Position numbers and translations under genes: made by a program. This document shows positions 30,401-37,733 of a DNA stretch of 37,733 bases, piece by piece. The stretch is from a virus (Duplodnaviria; Caudoviricetes), in IMG/VR virus record IMGVR_UViG_3300031963_000413, positions 1-37,733 of that record, one strand, 5' to 3'. Below the pieces are notes generated by a model, which worked only from the letters and a program-made list of their open reading frames with translations, was not told the origin of the DNA and ran no database searches. Positions within the stretch are counted from its first letter, which is position 1, and every line of letters starts with the position of its first letter.

Positions 30401-30996
30401 TAAATCTCCATAATCTCACGACCATTTGTTGGGTCGATATTTCTATTTGCCGATTCAACAATACAAGTAGCACCAGACTCTGTTCCGTACACCAATCTTT
30501 TTTCTAATAGATTGACGTCAACATTTTTATTAAATTCAGTAACAGTGATTCTGAATGCGCGTGGTTTAATCCATTTACCGTCAGATGTTTTTAAAATTTC
30601 TTCTTTTGGATAAGTAATTTCAACATCTTCATCAAATAATGCTTTAAATAGCCAACGTACTGATTCGTCACTGCCTTTTTTGCTATAAAATTCTCTTGCG
30701 CTTTTGAGAATTTTCTCAGTGCTTAGAGAAGTATTTTCTGGGAAATAAGGCAATAATTCTTGTTTAAAATACTTGATAAACTCTGGTGGAGTTTGATCGA
30801 TATCGCGATAATTCTCAATACCCATTGCATGGTAAATTGTGTTACCAGCTGTATTAGAAATACCATTGGCTGAATTATTTTCTAGCCAAGTGTAGTATAA
30901 CTCTACGAATCTTTTGAATTTAGGGTGATCGGCATTAACAAAGTCTGGTAATTGAGACTCGACTAATCCCGAAATAGTTTTTACAGAATCAACCAT
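27490..30996 (-). CDS. gp7: Baseplate wedge initiator gp7-like
   Basis: QLPDFV...F..FVELYY.WLE, FYSKKGS..S...LFKALF, ILKTSDGKW and LQDDTIYHNFSYV...VHPTG motifs; lies between gp6 and gp8. Confidence 0.8.
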   Translation of the reverse strand: MVDSVKTISGLVESQLPDFVNADHPKFKRFVELYYTWLENNSANGISNTAGNTIYHAMGIENYRDIDQTPPEFIKYFKQELLPYFPENTSLSTEKILKSAREFYSKKGSDESVRWLFKALFDEDVEITYPKEEILKTSDGKWIKPRAFRITVTEFNKNVDVNLLEKRLVYGTESGATCIVESANRNIDPTNGREIMEIYISNIKKYFNNGELIEINYVDANGVSRVFNERIIGTLSNIRVDSNIRTDPQQRRRGLLYNIGDPVVIVGGLGNSAEANDAAAVVGNVTLGSIEAVTMIFPGYGYRLYSNTETIVYRSVGDDPNANLSTDLRVLQLNSSACTSNSQLNFLEPITYDKTVIDYLSDTDIGNANYAAFTVNTFNALINVTENDQDDPYNNFEEVWANGTNFTDALFTAKIATPNNSIFGLGGVSANTGGLLVYDISNTGPLTTVLTGSQINTKNTSKSFAFNSVTTYPVPANANSMIIQCLDFDTVNTGGVALISVLNGGAGFRSEPDINVSSHYDTHLSEQYSYSSQKALKKTHWQTFKDLGLIAHVYINNGGDGYTVGDGLRFSGRGYEANGYVQTVSGTGAITSIVLDNRGEGYYARPQITVQSSGGANAVLTGYLFGDGEEHTIETSAVGRVRDIRLIYRGYDYVANPNVSLKIVDVIINPVPEANTFTETEIIYQGASLASSTFRANVKSYNANTGLLRLYNFSGAINKTIDLITANGVYCNVNTSANVSAPSQYPSTVIASGLPNPMYYGNGRARANAQFANGLIEFNGFFLNTDGFVSADKVLQDDTIYHNFSYVVQSEKNLVDFETPIKNIVHPTGLELISKTVVKNEKSGEIPVFANVDLIMPGNGTSNVQILNSYSNVVIGNSTLFMPNVGSINYSNTRVNVGDLFIVIDSTRLPISRIVSNVISNTQLEVYGDFIYAGQGLVKSNVQFTTLTGVAATTTDSNVVVGTGAAFNTQLVANNLIKVNNEIREVITVTNANHLIVNANLNYTSTAQAVYKLANTTLVVYGNTNGVYEMVQAGDNVSFNIAAANVMGAQTGTVQVFTTNTLVVGISTNFLTEVKANDIVMINGQLKQVINIANNTVMNVNATSSSNMSGKILYKRATSQNANVLSVSGNTMTLNIAYNANVSNLVYLVAPNLGIEDHGFTVVTLTAY

Positions 30997-30997
30997 A

Positions 30998-33067
30998 TTA
31001 CGATTCTACCACCGCATTAATTGCTGTAGAAATTGCGCTAGGATCTGTTGTATCTAGTGTTACAATTCTATTGCGAACTGACGAGAAAATTTTCTTTGCT
31101 GGTATCGCTTTAAGAATAAGAGTTCCAAAAGGATCAGAAACAGCAGTTGGTGCAAAATTATTTAACGTTACTATGCCATTCAAATAATCTATTAAACCAA
31201 TATTATCGTTTAATGTTTTCTTAACATTTTGTGTGTCGAAATAATAAATCTTTAAACGACCAATACGACCTTGAAGACTTGCGCGAACAAGTGCACCTGA
31301 TCCACCACCACCGCTGACTGTTACTGTCGCAGATGTATAGCCTGTGCCAGGGTTTGTTATCTCAACTCGTTTCAATGCACCATTTACAATTAATGCTCGA
31401 GCTGATGCACCTGTTCCATCACCATCAATTGAAACTGTTGGCGTTGAAACATATCCACTGCCACCAGTAAGGACTTCGATACTCTCTACACCAGTAAACG
31501 ATTGAAGAACTTCTTCGATAAAACAATTTCTAGTGATGCCAGCATCATCTAGATATGAGAATGATGGCGTAGAAATAAGTCTTTCAGCAGTTGTTCCTTG
31601 TTTTAATTCAGTACCAAAGTCTAAACTATAACTTAATGATCTCGTAACGTCTGGTGCGAATCGCTTTTCAAGATACACTCTAACATCATTACTCGTAATT
31701 GAAGGATCAGCATCATCAATTGCTCTTGACAACTGAGAAATTTTGAATGACGAGTTAAATGTATCAAGATTATTGATAGCAAACGATTTAATTGCAGAAA
31801 TTACTGCCGCATCGATCTCATTTGCTGTTCTATTTGTCTTTGTTGGGTCAAAATTTACGTCTACAGCGACATTTACATAGTTGTAATCAGCTTCAACGTA
31901 TTCAGGTGTTACTGTTAACATTGAAAATGGCTTAATGATTGAATTTTTTACGAATTCAACCTCAGTTACCGTAATTTCATACCCACCAAGTGGTTTTGCT
32001 GTAAAAAACACTTTACCAAATACTGGTGGAATGTTTTCTTCACCACCCCAAACGTTTACAGCCTCAAAATATGGGTACTCGCGATTAATAAGAGCGATAT
32101 AATCGTTCTTTGTGACCGCACGATTTTGAGCGATAAATGATTTTGGTGCTGTAAAGCGAATTTTCTCGATATCTTCTTCGGCTGCACCTGATGAAGACGC
32201 GCTAACCAAAGTCACAGCGACGTTTGCGTTGTTTAGAATAGTATCAAGTGGTTTAAATTCGCGTAAATTGTTACCAGCGGAACCAGATGTGATCAAGTAA
32301 GAAACAACTACGATGTTGCCATTGATTAATGCCTTACCAATTACACCATCACCGAAGTAAATTTGATATTTGCCGTTTTTATTTTCTTCAAGATAATAGA
32401 CTGTAGCGTTTTCATCAACATCAGTGGCGTCTTGAGCAAGAATATATGTTTCTTGATTGGCGTTTTGTGCTGATTTTTGCACTTTTATTTGAATTGTTGA
32501 TGTATCAATGCCAACATCAGGTAGTTCAAAAATTTGTTTTGGGTTTGTTTGAGCATCATAGGTAAAAGTGATGCCGTTTGGCTGACCTTCTTTAAGTTCT
32601 AGATTCTCAACAACGAATAACCCAGATGATAAATTCTTAGAAACAACTCTGGCTGATGGATTCACGAAAATATAGTTAATACCATCTTTAGATTCTGATG
32701 CAAATCTGGTAAATCTTGGAACTGAAATAGAACTGTTTGCGTCATTTGCGACTGGAGTGATAGTTAGATTGACCAATGCTCTTGGCGCGATACGTGAACG
32801 AGGAACATATCCTAGTAATTTTGCGTGTGAGACTACTGATCCGCGTTTGATAGCAGTGTCGATAAACATCTCATTGGACACCATGTTCAAATAGTATCCC
32901 ATATAATGAGTATTGTATGCTAGGACGTCTAAGAGAATGGCTAGACCAGAACCTTCGAAATCATAGTCGCTAAACTCTGACTGAGATTTCATAAAGTCCT
33001 TAAGATTGGATTTGATTGCATCGAAATCCAACTCGGCAACTTTTAGTTTTGAATCAACATTTGCCAT
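30998..33067 (-). CDS. gp6: Baseplate wedge subunit gp6
   Basis: ELDFDAIKSNL, DYDFEGSGL..LLDVLAYNTHY, YFGDGVIGK, AQNRAVTKNDY and WGGEEN.PP.FGKVF motifs. Confidence 0.95.
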   Translation of the reverse strand: MANVDSKLKVAELDFDAIKSNLKDFMKSQSEFSDYDFEGSGLAILLDVLAYNTHYMGYYLNMVSNEMFIDTAIKRGSVVSHAKLLGYVPRSRIAPRALVNLTITPVANDANSSISVPRFTRFASESKDGINYIFVNPSARVVSKNLSSGLFVVENLELKEGQPNGITFTYDAQTNPKQIFELPDVGIDTSTIQIKVQKSAQNANQETYILAQDATDVDENATVYYLEENKNGKYQIYFGDGVIGKALINGNIVVVSYLITSGSAGNNLREFKPLDTILNNANVAVTLVSASSSGAAEEDIEKIRFTAPKSFIAQNRAVTKNDYIALINREYPYFEAVNVWGGEENIPPVFGKVFFTAKPLGGYEITVTEVEFVKNSIIKPFSMLTVTPEYVEADYNYVNVAVDVNFDPTKTNRTANEIDAAVISAIKSFAINNLDTFNSSFKISQLSRAIDDADPSITSNDVRVYLEKRFAPDVTRSLSYSLDFGTELKQGTTAERLISTPSFSYLDDAGITRNCFIEEVLQSFTGVESIEVLTGGSGYVSTPTVSIDGDGTGASARALIVNGALKRVEITNPGTGYTSATVTVSGGGGSGALVRASLQGRIGRLKIYYFDTQNVKKTLNDNIGLIDYLNGIVTLNNFAPTAVSDPFGTLILKAIPAKKIFSSVRNRIVTLDTTDPSAISTAINAVVES

Positions 33068-33068
33068 G

Positions 33069-33461
33069 TTATCTTATCCGTTCTAAGAAAAATGAGACCG
33101 TAATCGGCTCTAGTGTATTGTTTACGAAGAAGGTGATGTAAACATCGTAACGCTGATCTTCGTAGTTTGGCGCTGCAACAACTTCTTGAATCGTGACTCT
33201 AGGCTCATAGTTCCGAATTGTTTCGAAGATCATATCCTGGATAATCGAAGTTGTTACATTGTCGATTGGTTCAAACAGTAGTTTCTTAAGGTTTGATCCA
33301 ATATCAGGGTTGAATAGTCGCTCATAGTGAGAGGTCAGGAGTAAATTTCTGATCGAAGCAGCAATTGCGTTTTCGTTTAATTTCTTAGACACGTCCTTGG
33401 TAACAGGATGCGCTGTAAAATTAAGGTCTAGATCAGAAAATTTACGTGCAATTAGCGACAT
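33069..33461 (-). CDS. gp25: Baseplate wedge subunit gp25
   Basis: FSDLDLNF..HPVT.D, AI..SIRNLLLT...ER.FNP..GS and I.NYEPRV motifs. Confidence 0.95.
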   Translation of the reverse strand: MSLIARKFSDLDLNFTAHPVTKDVSKKLNENAIAASIRNLLLTSHYERLFNPDIGSNLKKLLFEPIDNVTTSIIQDMIFETIRNYEPRVTIQEVVAAPNYEDQRYDVYITFFVNNTLEPITVSFFLERIR

Positions 33462-33488
33462 TTGTTATTCTAGGCTGATTATTTGATA

Positions 33489-33496
33489 TATTTATA
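33489..33496 (-). promoter_or_regulatory. T4 late promoter consensus TATAAATA upstream of gp25
   Basis: Exact consensus on the minus strand about 28 nt upstream of the gp25 ATG. Confidence 0.75.
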
Positions 33497-34670
33497 CTTC
33501 GCTATACGAAGCATCTAGTCCAGCTGTAAAGGTGCCTTGAGTTAAATCAATGTTGTAATCGACGTTTACAGTGATAGAAGTTGGCATTCCAATCAACTTT
33601 AGGAACTTGCAAAAGTCGAAATTGATCCATTCAGTGAGCGCTGATAGTCCGATTTTCTCGAAGAATTTGACAACTTTTTGCATCCATTTTTTAAGTAAAA
33701 ACTCTGGCCAATCTTCTCCGAAATCTCTTGCAGCTTCAGTATAACGATTAATTTTTTCCTCTGGGCTGCGAATAAAATCGTCAATATCCCCACCGATAAT
33801 ATCCAATAAACTGTATCCAGCAATATTAATGGATTCTAGTTTGTCGATAATTTCTTGGTAGATTCTTAGTCTAACTTCTTCTGCAGCTCCCTCAGCTTGA
33901 GCCTTGAGAGAGCCGATTAGCGAATTAATGATGCCCTCAACGCCGAGATCTAGAAGCACAGGTAAAGGTGGTAATCCTAAAGTGTCCCATATTGTCTTAA
34001 ATTTGCTAATTAATCCAGCCATAGCGGTGTGAATTATTTTTATCGCGCCTTTCTTGACCATTGACATAATGTAAGACCAGACGCCCTGAGCCTTGATCTC
34101 TTTCGAATAGACGCCCAACTTACCTTCATAAGACTTATATGCGTCTGGCACCAGAGCACCTAACGAATCAACCTCATCCACAATCTGCTGTTTTAAACTG
34201 GCTCGATAACTTGCGCTGCTAAATAACTGAACGATGTCAATGTTAATACCTAATACTGGAATAGAAAAACTTATTGGCAAAACGTTATTGATGATCTCCA
34301 TAATTTTCGCTTGGACGTAAAGATGATATTCCTGCGTCAGAGCAGTCATCTTTCGCTCCCACTCATCGTCGGGGATTTTTAAACTTTTATAGTATGGTTT
34401 ACTGGCAGAAATTGGAAAATTGCCCAGAGCCTTATCAACTTTTTCGAGAATCTCGCGAACCTGTTCAGCTTGGGCTTCAATCGGAGCGATCTTATCGTAC
34501 AACGCCTCGCGGACTGCCTGTTCTACATTTGGACCATCAATCTGCGCACGAATTTTCTCAGCTTCTACTTGCAGCTGCGATGGGATATCTTCAATCTTAA
34601 CAAAAATATTTGCTAGATCAGCTTTTGTTGGAAGCAGAGTTCCATTACAAGGAATACTAAACTCAGCCAT
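33492..34670 (-). CDS. Hypothetical alpha-helical protein between gp5 and gp25
   Basis: Long ORF overlapping the gp5 end; probable ATG at 34670; amphipathic helices; no family recognised. Confidence 0.7.
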   Translation of the reverse strand: MAEFSIPCNGTLLPTKADLANIFVKIEDIPSQLQVEAEKIRAQIDGPNVEQAVREALYDKIAPIEAQAEQVREILEKVDKALGNFPISASKPYYKSLKIPDDEWERKMTALTQEYHLYVQAKIMEIINNVLPISFSIPVLGINIDIVQLFSSASYRASLKQQIVDEVDSLGALVPDAYKSYEGKLGVYSKEIKAQGVWSYIMSMVKKGAIKIIHTAMAGLISKFKTIWDTLGLPPLPVLLDLGVEGIINSLIGSLKAQAEGAAEEVRLRIYQEIIDKLESINIAGYSLLDIIGGDIDDFIRSPEEKINRYTEAARDFGEDWPEFLLKKWMQKVVKFFEKIGLSALTEWINFDFCKFLKLIGMPTSITVNVDYNIDLTQGTFTAGLDASYSEV

Positions 34671-36228
34671 CACCAGTCGTCTTTGTTTCAGTCAATGGAT
34701 AAATGTGTTTACCGATAACTGTTTTAACAGCATCGACTGCCTTTTTCGGCAACAGCTCTGGGTCTATGTTAAACTCAAGATTTTTTGCGATCGCTTTATC
34801 GCTAACTTCGCCAAGTTTATTTGTAACCGTTGCTTTTAGATTGTCCTTAAGAGACAAAATTTGCCCCTTTGTTTGATTGGCTGTAGTTTCAAGATCAGAA
34901 AGTTTTTGTTGAATCTCACCGAGAGGAGTTTTACCAGCAAAATCTTGTAGAACTTTATCTGCAGCAGCTGTAACTTTCGAGAACACATTGCTGATTGTAG
35001 CAGTTAATCCGCCGCCCAATGCCTTACCGATTGTTGATCCTGCCGTTGTTTCAGCAACACGCTGAGCAGTTATAGTGACTTCTTCCAATCCATCAGAAGC
35101 TGCAGCTGCAACTGCAGTATTTGCAGCTGCTTCAGTTGCTGCTGTTAAATCTTCGACGTTTGGTACAACGCCACCACCAGACAATCCTGCACCAGAAGCA
35201 GATGTTGCGGAACCTGATTGCATATTAATCTGAGCAGCAGGAAGATCAATAATAGCACCCTGAAGTGCTGCGTTTTGACCCTTGAGACTGAGTTTCTTGG
35301 CAGAAGTCATGTTGCCGACGCCGCCAGACTTGATATTCAAATCTGACGTAGATTCGACAAAGACTTTCTTACCCTTCATTCGAATGTCGCCGCCTGCTGA
35401 CATATTAATGCCGCCTGCGACTTCGACGTTCATATTTCCACCAACCTTTAAATTACAATCACCACCGACTGTTACTGAACATTTGCCATTGATGTAAACA
35501 TAATCCGAGCCCATCACAAGTTCATAGTTATCTTTTACGACTTTGTGGACTTCGTTGCCTTCTTTATCAATTTCAAAAAAAGTTCCCTTACGATGCGCTA
35601 GATGGATACGCTCTTGTCCTGGAGTATCATCGAACTCAAGAGCATGACCTGATTCTGTTTCAAGCGCATTATTGTATGGATAAGTTGGATTAAACGCAGG
35701 AGGTGGTTCTGCCCAAGAAACACCACCAGCTGAAACAATATTTTTCTTGAGGTTTTTCTTGCGCGTGGCAATTACAGTAGAATCAGTTTTGCCTCGAGAA
35801 AGTCTGTTGGTCGTTTGTTCCTTTAGGTACTTACCTTTTGGATATGCTTCAGCAGGATCATCTGGTTTATTTGGCGCAGAACCAAAATTTGTTCTTGGAT
35901 CGCTAAAACCTTTTTGGTAATCTGGTTTACCATCTGGCTTCCCTGGTAACACACCCATGATTGCTGGGTTTTGGGCGTTATACCCGTCAATAAAAAATCC
36001 AAACACCATGTCACCTTCTTTTGGTGTATACATGTTTGGATTATTAACTGGGATTACTGGGTGCGCCCATGGTAGAGCATCAGTAGGAATAAGTTCTTTC
36101 TGATCATTGTGCCAACCAAAACAACGCACGCGAACGCGACCAAGTTGTTCTGGATCATTGCGGTCTTCAACAACCCCAATCCACCAGATAAAACCTTCAA
36201 GTCCAATAAAGTTTTTTTTGGCTGACAT
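34663..36228 (-). CDS. gp5: Baseplate central spike gp5-like (OB fold + beta helix, no lysozyme domain) with C-terminal extension
   Basis: WWIGVVEDRNDPEQLGRVRVR (Gp5 OB fold), YPYN...ESGH..EFDDTPG.ERI and V.G....V.G beta-helix repeats. Likely ATG at 36228 (TGATG overlap). Confidence 0.9.
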   Translation of the reverse strand: MSAKKNFIGLEGFIWWIGVVEDRNDPEQLGRVRVRCFGWHNDQKELIPTDALPWAHPVIPVNNPNMYTPKEGDMVFGFFIDGYNAQNPAIMGVLPGKPDGKPDYQKGFSDPRTNFGSAPNKPDDPAEAYPKGKYLKEQTTNRLSRGKTDSTVIATRKKNLKKNIVSAGGVSWAEPPPAFNPTYPYNNALETESGHALEFDDTPGQERIHLAHRKGTFFEIDKEGNEVHKVVKDNYELVMGSDYVYINGKCSVTVGGDCNLKVGGNMNVEVAGGINMSAGGDIRMKGKKVFVESTSDLNIKSGGVGNMTSAKKLSLKGQNAALQGAIIDLPAAQINMQSGSATSASGAGLSGGGVVPNVEDLTAATEAAANTAVAAAASDGLEEVTITAQRVAETTAGSTIGKALGGGLTATISNVFSKVTAAADKVLQDFAGKTPLGEIQQKLSDLETTANQTKGQILSLKDNLKATVTNKLGEVSDKAIAKNLEFNIDPELLPKKAVDAVKTVIGKHIYPLTETKTTGDG

Positions 36229-37520
36229 CACTTACCCTTCTTGGTTAACACATTAATACCATCTTTTGCTTCTGGTAGAGATTCAGCAAACGAGTCAGCA
36301 ACTAACTCAACAATAGACTCAAATGTGTCCGCATTAAATTTATGATTGATAGAGGCAACAAGATATCTAGCAGTTCTATACTCATCTAACTTTTTACCGC
36401 TAGAATCTGCGCTCTCGAATGCAGGGAATTCATATTCTACAACATCACCTGCTTTTAATACAATGTCTCCAGGAATTACAATCTGAATTCTGAAATGATT
36501 TAACAATGACATATGCATTGCTCTTGGCATCATCCAATTTTTAACATCATTACTTTTCTCTGAAGCAGTATCGTTGATTGACAAATAAGTTCTAAAGAAA
36601 GAATATGGGGAGTTAAACAACGTTTGGTTTTGAGAATTTTTAAACGAATTTACTGGTTTAAATTTATTCAGTAGATTTCCCTGCGCTTCTGCTTGCAGTA
36701 AACTGTAGTCTATATTCTCAAACTTTTGACTAAAGATGTCAATAGACAATAAACGGGAAGAAAATGATCCATTAGATATGGATGTGATCATATCAAAATC
36801 ATTAATGATATTAAACTTATCAATTGAATCTTTATTGAGAGCAGGATCGCGATTAGTATTCTTCAACTCATACTTTAATGTTTTATACGATTTTTGTTTG
36901 ACTAAAGTTTGCAAAGAAGTTAAATTAAATCCATCTTTGTTTTCGAAGAAAAAATAACAAAACTTTTTCTGATCATAACCACGCGCAGTCACCCATTGAA
37001 TTGCCTCAAGAGGTCTATATCCTGGGATAACAAGATCAAATGAACCAGAAGTTTCTTCTAAACTTGCTATTCTTTGCGGATCAACTTTAAGTTCGTTGAT
37101 TAGTATGTCATTAACTATATTTCGTATTTTAGTAGACTTATATGATTTACTTACGATCAATGACTCAGAAGAAATCATTTCGTCTGAACAAAAGTGAATT
37201 AGGTATACTTGACCTGAATCCGTTGATGGGCGACGATCAGAGACTTTATAAACTCTGAATAATCTCTCAAGCGGAAGATTTAATCCAGGTTTGTCAATAG
37301 AAATCTTAAGATATTCATTACCACACATATAAAAATTGGTAAACACATCATTACCATCATTGATAAGGATGTTCCCACTCATAACTGATGCGTAGATGTC
37401 TTGGAAGATTTGCATCTCCAAGAAAATATTTCGCAAATCTACTGTTTGCCCACCAGAATTAATTAGCTCGAGACTCTTAATGTCATAGTCTTTTGAGCCA
37501 TATAAACCATTTTCAGCCAT
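36228..37520 (-). CDS. Probable baseplate hub protein (gp27/GPD-like)
   Basis: Position between gp53 and gp5; YFFFENKDGFN...L..L, IPGD..LKAGDVV and YLVASINHKF motifs typical of hub proteins. Confidence 0.6.
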   Translation of the reverse strand: MAENGLYGSKDYDIKSLELINSGGQTVDLRNIFLEMQIFQDIYASVMSGNILINDGNDVFTNFYMCGNEYLKISIDKPGLNLPLERLFRVYKVSDRRPSTDSGQVYLIHFCSDEMISSESLIVSKSYKSTKIRNIVNDILINELKVDPQRIASLEETSGSFDLVIPGYRPLEAIQWVTARGYDQKKFCYFFFENKDGFNLTSLQTLVKQKSYKTLKYELKNTNRDPALNKDSIDKFNIINDFDMITSISNGSFSSRLLSIDIFSQKFENIDYSLLQAEAQGNLLNKFKPVNSFKNSQNQTLFNSPYSFFRTYLSINDTASEKSNDVKNWMMPRAMHMSLLNHFRIQIVIPGDIVLKAGDVVEYEFPAFESADSSGKKLDEYRTARYLVASINHKFNADTFESIVELVADSFAESLPEAKDGINVLTKKGK

Positions 37521-37733
37521 TACTCATTAGGCTCCTAAATTCATCTTCAACTCTTTGAACGAATTTTTCATCAAGAAGTTTAATCTGTCGCTTTTTTTCG
37601 TTCTCATTCACTTCATATGTGTAGTTTGACACTGCTCTATTGACAGTTGTAATCTTAAGACTGTAGTTTGGATAAGCAATTGTTTCTGTGCTGACAACCA
37701 AAGAGGTATCTGCTGTTCCAGGTAATGTTGCAG
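37513..37733 (-). CDS. gp53: Baseplate wedge gp53-like, C-terminal fragment (5' end outside window)
   Basis: VSNYTYEVNENEKKRQIKLL matches the gp53 C-terminal motif; the frame is open to the window edge. Confidence 0.75.
   Translation of the reverse strand, partial: ATLPGTADTSLVVSTETIAYPNYSLKITTVNRAVSNYTYEVNENEKKRQIKLLDEKFVQRVEDEFRSLMSNG

Noticed and set aside
34663-36228. Tail lysozyme activity in gp5
   Set aside because: No T4-lysozyme domain; the OB fold connects through a short linker to the YPYN/beta-helix region.
1-37733. tRNAs, rRNA, introns/inteins, homing endonucleases, IS elements, stop-codon reassignment
   Set aside because: Intergenic gaps are at most about 80 nt, no such motifs were seen, and conserved genes are full length under the standard code with TAA, TAG and TGA all used as stops.

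Overview
A 37.7-kb segment of a large T4-like myophage genome, with every credible gene on the minus strand. In transcription order (right to left) it holds gp53 (partial), a baseplate hub protein, gp5, an unknown helical protein, gp25, gp6, gp7, gp8, a DUF4815/VrlC-like structural protein apparently split over two genes, a fibre/adhesin and modification cassette, and then gp13, gp14 and gp15 (partial). The accessory cassette (about 2.6-17.8 kb) encodes two fibres sharing a C-terminal domain (one a long GPQ collagen with a cupredoxin-like insert), two 2OG-Fe(II) oxygenases, a GT60/Skp1-type GlcNAc transferase and further glycosyltransferases. The most striking feature is a pair of paralogous Tyr/Asn/Pro repeat proteins whose two repeat arms are module-level 'reverse complements' of each other around a unique central tip, with covarying module pairs (ILYN-EASRP, ITY[S/A]-ETGRP, xNY[N/S]-IANQP). 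This suggests a self-zipping antiparallel hairpin fibre with a peptide pairing code. Also notable are a TonB-box-like motif in the gp5 C-terminal extension and pervasive (A/S/G)N motifs in exposed virion proteins. All family assignments come from motif recognition and synteny; no database search was run.
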